A program made the position numbers and the translations under genes. The notes under the pieces were generated by a model. It was not told the origin of the DNA. It made no database searches and saw nothing but the letters and a program-made list of their open reading frames with translations. DNA of 64,000 bases from Corallochytrium limacisporum Hawaii (Eukaryota; Protista; Pluriformea): contig PDIP01000022.1 in the NCBI GenBank assembly GCA_002811645.1, positions 107,417 through 171,416 of the forward strand, in the 5' to 3' direction. Positions 23,031-33,900 of the stretch are shown piece after piece (positions within the stretch are counted from its first letter, which is position 1; every line of letters starts with the position of its first letter).

Positions 23031-23918
23031 ATGTTTAGACTGACAGTTTTCAGTTCTTTGAAGCAGAGAGTATCATCAGGTACTGCGCCACGAATGCGAA
23101 GCAAGCTGGCCTACAGGGCGTACGCCACCCGACCAGATTCGGCAGCTCAGTCAAGTGGCTCCTTTGATCCGGGCTTTGATATGGGTACCGCCGTACTATA
23201 CGTGATACCATTGATCACTTTTGGTCTAGGAAGCTGGCAGATCAAGCGTCTGTTTTGGAAGCGAGAGTTGCAGGCTAACATTGATGGGAACGTGACTAAG
23301 GAACCGATCGATATTTCCAAACGATCCGATTTCGACCAACTAGGCCAGGACTATACCTTCCGTCGCGTGCGTCTGCACGGCACAATCGAGAACCAAAACG
23401 AGTACTATCTCGGGCCTCGTGCTCTGGTTGGTGATGATCGGGTCATCATGAACGCTGGTGAGCAAGGTTATCAGGTAGTCGTTCCCTTTGTGCTCAAGGA
23501 TGGGACACGGATCATCCTCAACCGCGGCTGGGTGCCCATGTCAAAGATGGAGCCGGCCACACGACCCAGTGGACAGATCGAGGATGAAACAGAGGTGGTG
23601 GCCGTGACACGTAAGGGAGAGAAAGCTAATTCGTTCGTGCCTGACAATCAGTGGGAGAACCGTCGATTGTTCAGCATGGACGTCGATAGTTTTGCGGCCA
23701 AGAATAACACTCTACCTTTCGTTATGGATGCGGATGCGGTCTCAGCTCCTCCCGGAGGGATTCCGTACGGCAGCCAGACCAACATTAAACTCCGTGACGA
23801 GCACCTGCAGTACGTGATCACTTGGTACAGTCTGACCGGGTTCTTGCTGTACGGCCTCTACGTCTTCCGGAATCAACGCAGAGCGGCCGCGGCACTCCGA
23901 GCACCGCCGAAGTTCTGA
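23031..23918 (+). CDS. SURF1: SURF1/Shy1 cytochrome c oxidase assembly factor (295 aa from first ATG)
   Basis: Arg-rich presequence; TFGLGSWQIKRLFWK, LGPR, ILNRGWVP, HLQYVITWYSL. The ORF-track start at 23007 is TTG. Confidence 0.95.
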   Translation: MFRLTVFSSLKQRVSSGTAPRMRSKLAYRAYATRPDSAAQSSGSFDPGFDMGTAVLYVIPLITFGLGSWQIKRLFWKRELQANIDGNVTKEPIDISKRSDFDQLGQDYTFRRVRLHGTIENQNEYYLGPRALVGDDRVIMNAGEQGYQVVVPFVLKDGTRIILNRGWVPMSKMEPATRPSGQIEDETEVVAVTRKGEKANSFVPDNQWENRRLFSMDVDSFAAKNNTLPFVMDADAVSAPPGGIPYGSQTNIKLRDEHLQYVITWYSLTGFLLYGLYVFRNQRRAAAALRAPPKF

Positions 23919-24261
23919 ACAGTGTTTTTGTTGAAGTTCACATCTTAATCCGTAATTAGACGCAATTCAAAAGAAACATATCCGTCTTAATGTTAAAGCT
24001 CTGTTCATGCTTGTGTCTCATGTGGAGGGCCCGCCTAGGGCCCCGCACAGCCTCCCTCCCGGACTGTTGAGCCCACCCACCCTCCCGGAGTGCCACGCGG
24101 TAGTTGGGTACTTCAGTCACGAGAGCGGCATTGGTTACACAACGCAAGTTGTTTCTTTGTATTCACCAGGCAGGAGAAGTATGTGATCTAAGAACTACTA
24201 GTCAAACTCGGGATGTACCGAAAACTCCATTATTTTGAAGTGAACACTTGAATACAGGAAT

Positions 24262-24864
24262 ATGGCAGCAGTGCGTGCTGTACCAGTCTTTGAGCGGTAC
24301 TACTACAGTTGTATGCACAGTGTCGACACGGAGGGCAAGCCCGAGGAAGATCTGTATCTGCGATACCACAACAATGGTCTAGTAATCCTAGGAATTGATC
24401 GCAGCCACTGGTTATACCAACAGAAGAATAGCATAGAGATCAAAACTGTCGACTTTGGTAACCGCTTGAATCAGCAGGCCAAGGGTAAATCGAAGAAAGG
24501 GTCAGTACTCTTGGCCAAAAACACTGTCGTAGGTCGCGTATTTCTGAAAGATGGCCGAGAAATTCAGATCCGTGCCGGCCTCAAAGCACAGCTGCTTGAG
24601 GTGAATGAGCGCCTGATCAAGGAACCGGAACTGTTGCTGCAGTACCCAGAGGAGGAAGGTTACCTTGCGGTGCTGTCGCTGCGAAAGGGACAGAGGCCGG
24701 AAAATGCTCCAGGACTGCTAAATGAACAAGCTTACTTGGACCATCTGAACAGCCGGAAGGGTAGAGCAGGTGGTGCAGGGGATGGTCTAGTGTCCACTGC
24801 AATAGAACACGATGAGGGAAGGAATCACGATAGTGATCCAAATAAAATGGAGCAAGAAATCTAG
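24262..24864 (+). CDS. ABITRAM: ABITRAM/FAM206A (Simiate) family, GcvH-like fold (200 aa)
   Basis: HNNGLVILG, GKSKKG, IRAGLKAQLLEVNERL..EPELL...PEEEGYLAVL. Confidence 0.85.
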   Translation: MAAVRAVPVFERYYYSCMHSVDTEGKPEEDLYLRYHNNGLVILGIDRSHWLYQQKNSIEIKTVDFGNRLNQQAKGKSKKGSVLLAKNTVVGRVFLKDGREIQIRAGLKAQLLEVNERLIKEPELLLQYPEEEGYLAVLSLRKGQRPENAPGLLNEQAYLDHLNSRKGRAGGAGDGLVSTAIEHDEGRNHDSDPNKMEQEI

Positions 24865-24966
24865 AGGAAAAGTGAAGCAGAATACGGTTAGATCATAAGA
24901 ATAAAGCTATATTGTAATCATCATTAGAGATAATGAAATAGGCAAAGTGTTAATATGGAGGATACT

Positions 24967-26847
24967 TCACTGAATAAAGAGGAAGTTGGGGGGTCCACTG
25001 TGGGCCTGCAGCTCTGCCATGGCGGTCTCCAAAGCGTGCTTCAACTCCCTGTACGTAATGAAGACCACCGTCTGTTCGTCCCGGCTCATCATGCAGATGC
25101 GTTCACCATACCCAGTGTCGAGCTTGTTCAGGTGGTGTACAATGTGCGCCAGGTTTAGCACGACCTCACCCTTTTCGTTCTGTTCGTGGAAAACGAAGTC
25201 ACGGAATAGCTTGAGCATGTAGCGATCGCCAGTCTCGGACCACTGGGGGTCCATGTTATAGGCGCTGCGCTCCACCACCATGTTCAGCTTCACCAAGAGA
25301 CGGAATAAGCGGCCGTTTTGCAATTCTTTGCTGAGATCAGATTCTAGAACGTCAACGTACAGATTAGTACAATCCTGGAATGTGTAAAAGCGTGTGCCAA
25401 TCAGCGGCATAATGTCTACAATGCTTTTGCGCATCGGTTCCGTGTCTTCGCCTTCCCCGCTGGAGCTCTCCAGGTCATAGAGGAGATAGCCCAGCAACCT
25501 CTGCATGTCCACGCTGAGGCGCTTCTCCAATTTACGAAGCGTTGTTTCCCAAGTATGAGGCTGGGACGCGGCAATCGATCCCGACGCCAGCTGTAGCAAC
25601 AGCACACCAAGCGCTTGGTAGTCGGCCTGCTGACATTTTTGCAATACTCCAGGTTTTTGCAGAGCGTCATAATTCAAGAGGTCCACCACACCTACAGAAC
25701 CAATTCGCAAGCGGTTCTTACCGGTGATCAACACCTTGCTACCATCTAGAACATGACAAGCCAGGCCCTGCGCATGGATCATCCGCAAGGCGGACGTGAG
25801 TTGGATCACGTACGACCACAGGATGCTTTCTGACACCATTTGGCTTGCACCGCTTCCTCCATAGCGGGGATCAAGGCCGTGGTGGGCCAGCACGTTGCGC
25901 GCCATGGGATGGTAGTCGTATACGAAACACACGCTAAAGTCACCGAAATCCCTTGTCGTGAAGCATTCCCGCAGATTGACGATGCCACTGTGGCTGAACC
26001 GACGCCATTTTTCAATGGCCTGCATACTGCGCTCCTTGAGCAAGCGGAAGTATTCAATGCGCCGCACGCAGTACGTCAGACCATCTACATGGCTGAAAGC
26101 TTTGTATGTCGAAGTTGGGTAGCCAAATATACCATGCTGTCCACTGCCACCTTCTGGGATCAGGCCGGAGCTGTTCAGTTGGTTCAGATGGCTGTGGATA
26201 CCCGATGTGGACTGCTGACGCTTGATTGCGGGACTCAGGCTCAGACGCAGCAGAGTGTGGTAATTGTCTACATTCTGCGGCAGAATGTTTTTGCCACCAT
26301 CATTGCCGCTCACTGTTGAGGTTGCGACGGTAGTAAGGTGCCGTTGTATCAACTCCTGGCGCAACTGCGGGCTCATGAAGAACGTCTGTGATGCCTTCTG
26401 AGTGTCTGGTGGTAGGTAGACATCCGGTTGAGGATAGAACATTTCAAACTCTGCTGGTTCAAGGCCAGTCTGCTGCAGTTGAGCAGTATTGCGAAGCTGG
26501 TGCTGAATCTGCGCTGCTGTGTTCATTCCTGGACCCGGCTGCCCAGGGTAACTGTAGCTTCCACCAAGGCTGCCAGTTGACTGTTGCTGCTGTGCATAGC
26601 CTTGTTGTCCGTACGATCCTGGTGACACTCGTCCTCGTGAGCTACCAGTGCTCTGTCCGAGGTTCAGTTGCTGCATGCCTTGCGAGATATCGGGCGTAGA
26701 GGAGCCCGACCCGTAACTGCCATTCTGGCCTCCCGAATGTGACTGCTGTTGTTGTTGACCACTGACACCATGACGACCACCACCGCGACCTCGTCCGCGA
26801 CTACCACGACCACCGCCCGGTGGCCGAAATGCTGGCCGACCCGACAT
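24967..26847 (-). CDS. PAN3: PAN3 poly(A) nuclease pseudokinase subunit (626 aa)
   Basis: FFMSPQLRQEL, FGYPTSTYKA, FVYDYHP, LWSYVIQL, LSKELQNGRLFRLL, WSETGDRYMLKLFRDFVFH, SRDEQ. Confidence 0.95.
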   Translation of the reverse strand: MSGRPAFRPPGGGRGSRGRGRGGGRHGVSGQQQQQSHSGGQNGSYGSGSSTPDISQGMQQLNLGQSTGSSRGRVSPGSYGQQGYAQQQQSTGSLGGSYSYPGQPGPGMNTAAQIQHQLRNTAQLQQTGLEPAEFEMFYPQPDVYLPPDTQKASQTFFMSPQLRQELIQRHLTTVATSTVSGNDGGKNILPQNVDNYHTLLRLSLSPAIKRQQSTSGIHSHLNQLNSSGLIPEGGSGQHGIFGYPTSTYKAFSHVDGLTYCVRRIEYFRLLKERSMQAIEKWRRFSHSGIVNLRECFTTRDFGDFSVCFVYDYHPMARNVLAHHGLDPRYGGSGASQMVSESILWSYVIQLTSALRMIHAQGLACHVLDGSKVLITGKNRLRIGSVGVVDLLNYDALQKPGVLQKCQQADYQALGVLLLQLASGSIAASQPHTWETTLRKLEKRLSVDMQRLLGYLLYDLESSSGEGEDTEPMRKSIVDIMPLIGTRFYTFQDCTNLYVDVLESDLSKELQNGRLFRLLVKLNMVVERSAYNMDPQWSETGDRYMLKLFRDFVFHEQNEKGEVVLNLAHIVHHLNKLDTGYGERICMMSRDEQTVVFITYRELKHALETAMAELQAHSGPPNFLFIQ

Positions 26848-27724
26848 TTGACAAGTGCACTAACCCCACTCAATTATGCGTCCAAAACTAGATGAAGAAC
26901 CTGAATTAGAATCTAAAGAACGTGGCATGTAATCAACCACTTCCGAATTCAAATTTTGAGAAGAAGTTTAGTTAGATCGTGCCGTAAACAGGGGGCATCG
27001 TCAAACCAAGGCCACCGATTGTGGCCAGTTTCCTTCGTGCACCTACACGTAAACTATGTGACCTTGCAATTTCAATGTGTACCTGCTATACAGACTTGAC
27101 TCATCCTAAGATCGCGGCATCTTCAAATAGGACAGGACTCTGAATTACTACATTGGTCAATCAGCAGACAACCCACACAGCAGTGCTTTATCTCGTTCTC
27201 GGCACCGAATGGCAGCCAAAACAAGGAGGCCCGCAGTCGCAGAAAGAAAAGGGGCTTCCTCCACACAAAGCCCCTCGGTTTGCATTCCGAAAGGGTAGAG
27301 AAGGACCCGGGGGTGGGGCGGGGAGAGGGGACGCAAGCTTTTGTTTTCGGATGCGTTCGGACCGCACCGGGGCCCCCCTTCCTCGTCTCTCTCTCTCTCC
27401 CCCCCCCCCGGGGGGGGCCGTCGGTCCCGGCGTCGTTCGCTCTGAAATCTCCCCTCCTCCGATTCACCCCACTCGGACGGTGCAGGTGGGTGTGCGTGGC
27501 CCCCGAGTTCCGTGGTGTCGGTCTGCCCTCCCGGCGAAGTTCGCAAGGCTTGTACGCGGAGAGAAATACCACCTGCTATTTGAGGAATTTCGGGTAGTTG
27601 GAGATGCTACACCTTAGATTGAAAGCATGGAAGCACATTTGAGACAAGGTCTTGTGCGATCGATGCGATGGGGTGTATTACATGAGAACTGGATGAAACA
27701 GACGTACCACATGCGCTAGCAACC

Positions 27725-28870
27725 ATGTCGGGGCGTGCGATGAAAATTATTATGCAGACCGGAAAGCGGTTGAAAAAGGACCAAATCTTACAGGGACAGG
27801 CCAACAAGCAGCCAAGGTTTGGTGCAGATTTACCCCTGAAGTTTGTGAGTGCGTTATGTATCGGTGACCTTCGAGACCCATGGACGTACCTCGGAAAGCT
27901 AAGACTAGAAAAAGCTGCGCAACTAATGTCTGAAGGAACAGATGCGTTGCCAAACTATCGAGGGATTCAAGTAGGGATCCAGTACCTTCCGACAGAGATC
28001 TTTGAAGGAGTTCGCCATCAGCCAAAGACTGTGGAGTCTCCTTCGTCATCCATGGCCGATCACTCAAACGAGCAGAACCAACGGGAAGGGCAGCCGGATC
28101 CCGGAGAGTCATCATCGACACAAACAAACTCGGGCCCACCTTTAACTGAAAGCGTCTCAGATCACTTCAATGCAGTGCTACGCGGAAATGGACCGGTAGC
28201 AATCAAAGCAATCGAGAAAGCAGCCAACGACTTGGGAGTGCAGGTGCGGGACATGTACGGCCCTCTCCCGCCATCGGAGGACCTGAACAAAGCCTACGGA
28301 TGTATTGAGTACACACGTCGATCAGCAGGGCACCTGCACCTACTCTTTTTTAGTCATTTGCTCAAACTCTATCATGATGGAGACGCCTCCCTCGCTGATG
28401 AAATGGCGCTGAGAGAGGCACTGAAGCGAGCGGAAGCAGAGGCTAAGGTTGAGAAGTTTGTGCATCAGGGACAACTTTGGCAGAGGCCGAATGTTGACCC
28501 AGCAGAAATGCTCGCATGGATTGATGTACCTGAGAATTGCAAGTGGATTCAGACTGTCATTAGCGAGCACCAACGACACTTCCCTGCGTCTCCCTATATT
28601 TCATTTGGCAACTCAAGCCTGTCAATCCTTGGCGTGCATGGAGTTGACCGCATGGCGACGCTGATTGCCACGCTAGCAGACGGTGACCACACCACTTTCG
28701 ACCCATGGTACATGCAGGGCATCCGAGAGGAGGATGGATACCTGCCAGAGGAATTGCAGGACCACGACTGGCAGGAGTTCTTGACGGACTTGCAGAAGGA
28801 GACGCCAGAAGAAACTGAGCAGGAGATTGCACGGCTGCGAAAGGAGCATGATGCGCTCCATAACTCATAA
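27725..28870 (+). CDS. Hypothetical protein (381 aa), no recognised motif
   Basis: Long ATG ORF, divergent from PAN3, ending 48 bp from the next gene's stop; acidic C-terminus. Confidence 0.7.
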   Translation: MSGRAMKIIMQTGKRLKKDQILQGQANKQPRFGADLPLKFVSALCIGDLRDPWTYLGKLRLEKAAQLMSEGTDALPNYRGIQVGIQYLPTEIFEGVRHQPKTVESPSSSMADHSNEQNQREGQPDPGESSSTQTNSGPPLTESVSDHFNAVLRGNGPVAIKAIEKAANDLGVQVRDMYGPLPPSEDLNKAYGCIEYTRRSAGHLHLLFFSHLLKLYHDGDASLADEMALREALKRAEAEAKVEKFVHQGQLWQRPNVDPAEMLAWIDVPENCKWIQTVISEHQRHFPASPYISFGNSSLSILGVHGVDRMATLIATLADGDHTTFDPWYMQGIREEDGYLPEELQDHDWQEFLTDLQKETPEETEQEIARLRKEHDALHNS

Positions 28871-28918
28871 GGGAAAATGATTACTACATTAAAGAATTCT
28901 ATATACGAAGAGATCAAA

Positions 28919-30496
28919 CTATCTTGCATTCTCACCATTAGCGGCAGCCTCTACCCCCTGGTCTCGCTCGTTTGGGTCCAACGTGGTGGTCTCTTCTGCG
29001 ACCGTACCCTCGTCGTACCCAACAGTACCTTCATCAGGCGCCCCTCCGTCGTGAATGTTGACAATGTTGCCATCATCATCCAACAAGACCTCCTCCTCTT
29101 CCAATCCTTCCATCTCCTGGCCGACTTTTTGAGCAATGAACTCCCGGTTGTCATAGGTCCAGAAGCCGTTGACATCAATTAGCATATTCAAAATCACATC
29201 ACCAGCCTGGGAATGAATCAGGTCTTTTAGAGTAATTTGGTACGGGTCTTTAGGCCTCACCATATCAAAAATTTCGTCCTTGACATCTTCAAAGTTAACG
29301 TCCTCTTGGCCCATTTCCTGCAGCATGCGCCGAATATCGCTGAAAAAGTACAAGAACGAATGAACTGTCAGTGGTTTGCTGCCGTTACCCCGAATGTCAA
29401 GCACGCGGTAGAAGTACGCAAGAGCCTGTGGCGTCTTCCGGTTCTCCATTGCCAAAACAAAATCTAGATAACTGCGGTAGTCCATTTCGCCATTGTACGT
29501 TAGGCATACTTCGAAGAGGCGATTGATGAAGGTCTGTGTGAGTGTACCATCGCCGTAGTGACTGAGTTCGGAAGCACTGAGCATGCCGTTCTGGTCCTGG
29601 TCGAGTGCAAGGTACTGGCCATAGACACGGAACGCGCTCATGGCCGTGAACCAGTTAGTGTTCTCCATATCTGGCGGCAGATCCTCGTCTCTCAATTCAA
29701 ATAGTTCACTGAGCATGGTGGAGGTCAACAAGTCCCGGATCTTGATGTGGCCCAGTCGCATGGGGTCGAGGAAAAAGATGAACTTTCGCACTGCAGTACA
29801 CACATAGTAGCTCACAAAACTTTCGTCCAATGTGTTTAAGCGAGGCAGCATCTCGACCAGACTGTAAATGTAAGATTCCAGATCCTGTTCTGTCAGGTAG
29901 CCATCTCCTGAAGAGTCAAATTGGGTAAGGTCAATGCGCGTCTTAATCAGCGACGACCTACGCATGCAGTAATTAAAGAATTGCACCACACTGCAAGCGT
30001 CGTGATCGTTCTTCGGAAGTTTCACAAAGACCTGCGGCTTGAAGAATGGTGCAAATTTTTCTTTGTCATCAAGCGCTTCGTACACTTTGAGCCAGTTTTT
30101 ATAGGTTATGTGTTCGGATCCCATCTGTGTCGCTCCTCCTGTCGCCCGTTCGCAAAATTGGTAGAGAGTGCTCCAGAGCTTCTCAAAGTCTGCATTCTGA
30201 AGTACATGTACAGCGTGATGCTGCACGGCACTTTCGATACTGGCCCGGTGTAGGCTCTGGAGTAAAGTGTTCTGTTTCCGGCGTTCCTTAGGTCGGTGGA
30301 AGGAAGGAATCAGTTTCGGTGGTGTATGAGCCTTGTTGATCCCACACTGCTCTGCTAGTCTATCATACGATTCTGCGATGCTGGCTGATCTGGACGCATT
30401 CTTGGGGATGTGCTCATTGACATAATCCACTAAATTAAGATCCACTGGCCGTTCCGCCACAGGTCGTAATAAGTCTACCCACGTCCCCACGGGCAT
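28919..30496 (-). CDS. PPP2R3C: PP2A regulatory subunit B'' gamma, EF-hand protein (525 aa)
   Basis: DSSGDGYLTEQDLESYI, YVCTAVRKFIFFLDP, LDQDQNGMLSASEL, GEMDYRSYLDFVLAMENRK, DVKDEIFDMVRP, FWTYDNRE. Confidence 0.93.
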   Translation of the reverse strand: MPVGTWVDLLRPVAERPVDLNLVDYVNEHIPKNASRSASIAESYDRLAEQCGINKAHTPPKLIPSFHRPKERRKQNTLLQSLHRASIESAVQHHAVHVLQNADFEKLWSTLYQFCERATGGATQMGSEHITYKNWLKVYEALDDKEKFAPFFKPQVFVKLPKNDHDACSVVQFFNYCMRRSSLIKTRIDLTQFDSSGDGYLTEQDLESYIYSLVEMLPRLNTLDESFVSYYVCTAVRKFIFFLDPMRLGHIKIRDLLTSTMLSELFELRDEDLPPDMENTNWFTAMSAFRVYGQYLALDQDQNGMLSASELSHYGDGTLTQTFINRLFEVCLTYNGEMDYRSYLDFVLAMENRKTPQALAYFYRVLDIRGNGSKPLTVHSFLYFFSDIRRMLQEMGQEDVNFEDVKDEIFDMVRPKDPYQITLKDLIHSQAGDVILNMLIDVNGFWTYDNREFIAQKVGQEMEGLEEEEVLLDDDGNIVNIHDGGAPDEGTVGYDEGTVAEETTTLDPNERDQGVEAAANGENAR

Positions 30497-30924
30497 TGTC
30501 GAATAGGATCTTGGCTGTAACTCTTCAGATATTCTTCTTGTTTACATCTTGGTCCGTGGTTCACATTCTCACTAATTTCAAGGTATGAATGTGACCTTTG
30601 TAGAAACTCTATTAAATACCGGGCTTAAGTAAGTGCGCTGCTGGGTGTGGAGTCGAATGGACCTTCGCAGCAACAACTGATGGAAGCGCTCACCCCAATA
30701 GCAATTCCCCTAAACGAGCCGGTTGGCGCCAAACTTTCTTTCCAGGGAGCCAAAAATGGACCCCTATTATACTGGGAGTCTAATTTTGAATTCGTTCCGG
30801 GTTTCTTCCGGCAATGGTAACAGATGGCCAGAGTGGGAGGGCAGTGCGGACGGAGCAAGCACCAATTGTGGCTGAACGAGGAGACATCAGGTGTATACGG
30901 ATGGTACTCATTTAATATTTTGAG

Positions 30925-33900
30925 TTATGACAAATGTCGCACCGCTCTCAAAAGCTGTGAATCGCGAAGATCCCAATTGAGGAAGAGAATATCCACAGCG
31001 TTATACTCATCCACAAAGGTACTCAACAACGACTGGGGCAGGCGGAAGCGCCGCAGGAAACCGGGTACATTACTCGCACGGCGGTAGAAGCAAAGTAGTG
31101 AAATGGTAGCAGGAGTCGGAGGGTTGACAATCAACGGCGCGGTTCGCTCCAGGAAGCTGCTGAACATTTCTGCCAAAGCGGAGAACCCGGGGGCCTCTTC
31201 CATGCCATCGTCGTTGTCTTCGCTAGTGTCATCAGCGTTGTGGATCGTATTGCCATCTTCGGATGCGTCGTGCATGTGTTTGTGAGGCATCCATCCTTCC
31301 CCGGTCATGTAAATGTAGACTGTGTGCAAGACAAGACCCGCAAAGGCATCTGCAAGGGCGTTCTTCGACAGGTTGGCCCCGCTCTGCATGAGGGCTCCTT
31401 CGTACTCCTCTACGACCGCCTTAACGGCGTCAAGACCGAGACTCGCAATCATTGTACCCGCGAGAGTAAGAGTGTCAAGCTCCCGCGCGTGGTTCACAGG
31501 CGCGTAGTCCGGTGCAAAGAGCAGGACGCCGGTGCTTAGTGGCATGCCTCCCGACTGCTGTTGGACCTGAGCAGCCTGTTGGCCAGGTCCACCCTCAGCA
31601 CCTTCCTTGTCAATGATTGTCCGTGTCAGACACCGCGCGACGTCTGCAGATGGCAGGGCCTCCCACAGGGACTGGACAGCTTCCCAATGCTCCCAGCAGC
31701 ACTCTTCACGGCGCCGGATGCGGTCGAACCAGCCAGCGAGCGCGCCGGGAGAATGGCCCGGCTCAGGTCGCTCCGGATGGCAGAGAAGATCAAGTGCAGC
31801 AAATCCGCTTGGGAACCAGCATGACTGTAACACACTGTCTAATTCGCGAGCATAAACTTGTTGCTGCTGGCGCTGTGCTTCAAAGGACTGTGCCGTCGAA
31901 CCGCCGTGGTAGGCTGGATTAGCAGCAGCGAGCAGAACGTCCGGCAGAGTGACCTTGAAGACAGCATCGCCGCGGTAGAGTTCGAGCGTGATGCTGTGCC
32001 ACACAGATTCACACACAAAATGAGCACCAACCACGTTCTTCACAGGCAGATCCTCCGGCATTGGCATTGATAGAGTACACAGCACCAGACCTAGGCCCAA
32101 CGGAAAGGATACTGATGCTTGTCGAATGGTTGCACCCATGTCGTCCGCATGGCTGTCCGCAGCATTTGGCGCAGCCGGTTCAAGATCGACGAGCCAACGA
32201 CGGCTGATCTGTGACCATCCGTGACTGGACTGGCCAGTTGCAGAGTCACTGTCATTTACCATCTGCTCCATGAGGACCAGACCTAAATACGGGAGCCTCG
32301 TCAACAACTCAAGTAAGCGGCGATAGATTGCGGGCAGCGGTGCCGTGTCGAACTCGAGGCTCTCAACAGCGGCCATGCCATCCTTGGCCTGAATCGCGTT
32401 ACCTAAAGCAACGGCAGTTTTGTTTACGCGGTGCAGATCCGTAAGTAAAGTGGCATACGCTTTGGGTTGATCCAGAGTTCCAATACTGTCGGTATCACCA
32501 ACCAGATAGTTGACTAGTTCAGTGCGCTCAGACTCCGGCTCATCTGCCACCTCGACACCAAGTTCCTTCAAGAGTTCAAGCCCTGTGGTGGCACAGCCTT
32601 GGTTCTTCAATGAAGCACCAATAGTGCCACTTAGTGCGGAGACATCCACATGCGGATGCGGACCATGATCGCCGGCGACGGAAAGGGCACTCCGGTGGAC
32701 GGCAAAGACAATATCGAGAATTTCCACAGCGGAATCACCGGTCCCTGAGTTGAGGCAGAAGCGACCAAGATGTTTCATGGAAGACAGCAAGGACGACAAA
32801 CGACCGGCCCATAGGACGCCTTCGAGCACGGTTGCATCCAATAGAGACTCCAAATACGCTACTTTAAGCCGTTCGTCCACACCCACCACTGCGGTGATGG
32901 ATGCAAAGTCCCCGCTGGTGTCACCGAGTCGGGACAGGGTCGCCAAGCTGCGCACAATTGCATCCACACCCGCGGATCTGTGGTCCTTAACCACAGACCG
33001 CATGGCTCCCAAGGCCGATACTCGATCGTCTCCAAGGAATGACAATACCTTGTCCTTGGCACTTGTGATATCGTCACCCTTCTGAGCAGTGACCACCAGG
33101 GCGACGAGAGCTGTGTGGAGGCCCTGCTCACCGCTGTCATCCACAGCCATTGTGTCCTCATCCTCACCTGCCCCCTTGGTAGCTCCAACAAACTGACGGT
33201 TCATGGCTTTCTGCACGTATTCGATGGCTGTGTCAACCTTTTCTTCGCCATCTGGTCCACCAAGACGGGCAGGAAGAGTACGGCAGTGCACCAATCGAGA
33301 CAGAGTTCGCAAAGCACGGTCGATTGCCTCCTTCAAATGAATCCGTGCCGCTTTGCCTACCTCGGAGTCGTCAAAGCCATTGTACCATTCCTGAATTATG
33401 AAGATTAGCCGTGACTGCGCGTAGTGCATAAGGCGCTCGTATGCAGCGGCAGCGTTGCGACGGACAGGAGCAGGAATCATACCATCGGGGGCAGTTGCTC
33501 CAGAATACACTACCTGTGCAGCTCCAAGGATGGTGTGGTACATAGCATACACCAAGGTCTCACTGCCCATACCCGCCAAGCGACCAATCGAATGCAACTG
33601 ACGACTGATCTGTCCTGGGCCTCCCCTGACACTCAAAGGTCCGTGGAAATCGAGCAGAATGAGGGCTGCAATAGCGGGAGTGGCATCGTGTGAGAGGATT
33701 GTATCATCATGGTGAGCGTGATGATGATGATGTTGGTGCTTAATACCGTGTGATGCTGTGTGATCCGCTGCCGATGTCGGCACGGCAATGGGCAGGGACA
33801 GCTGGCTTCGGTCATCAAAACGACGACCCAAAATGCGGTAGGCCAAGGTGCCAAACTCCATGGTCTTATCCCCAATGCCACTCAACATATCCTTGTCTTC

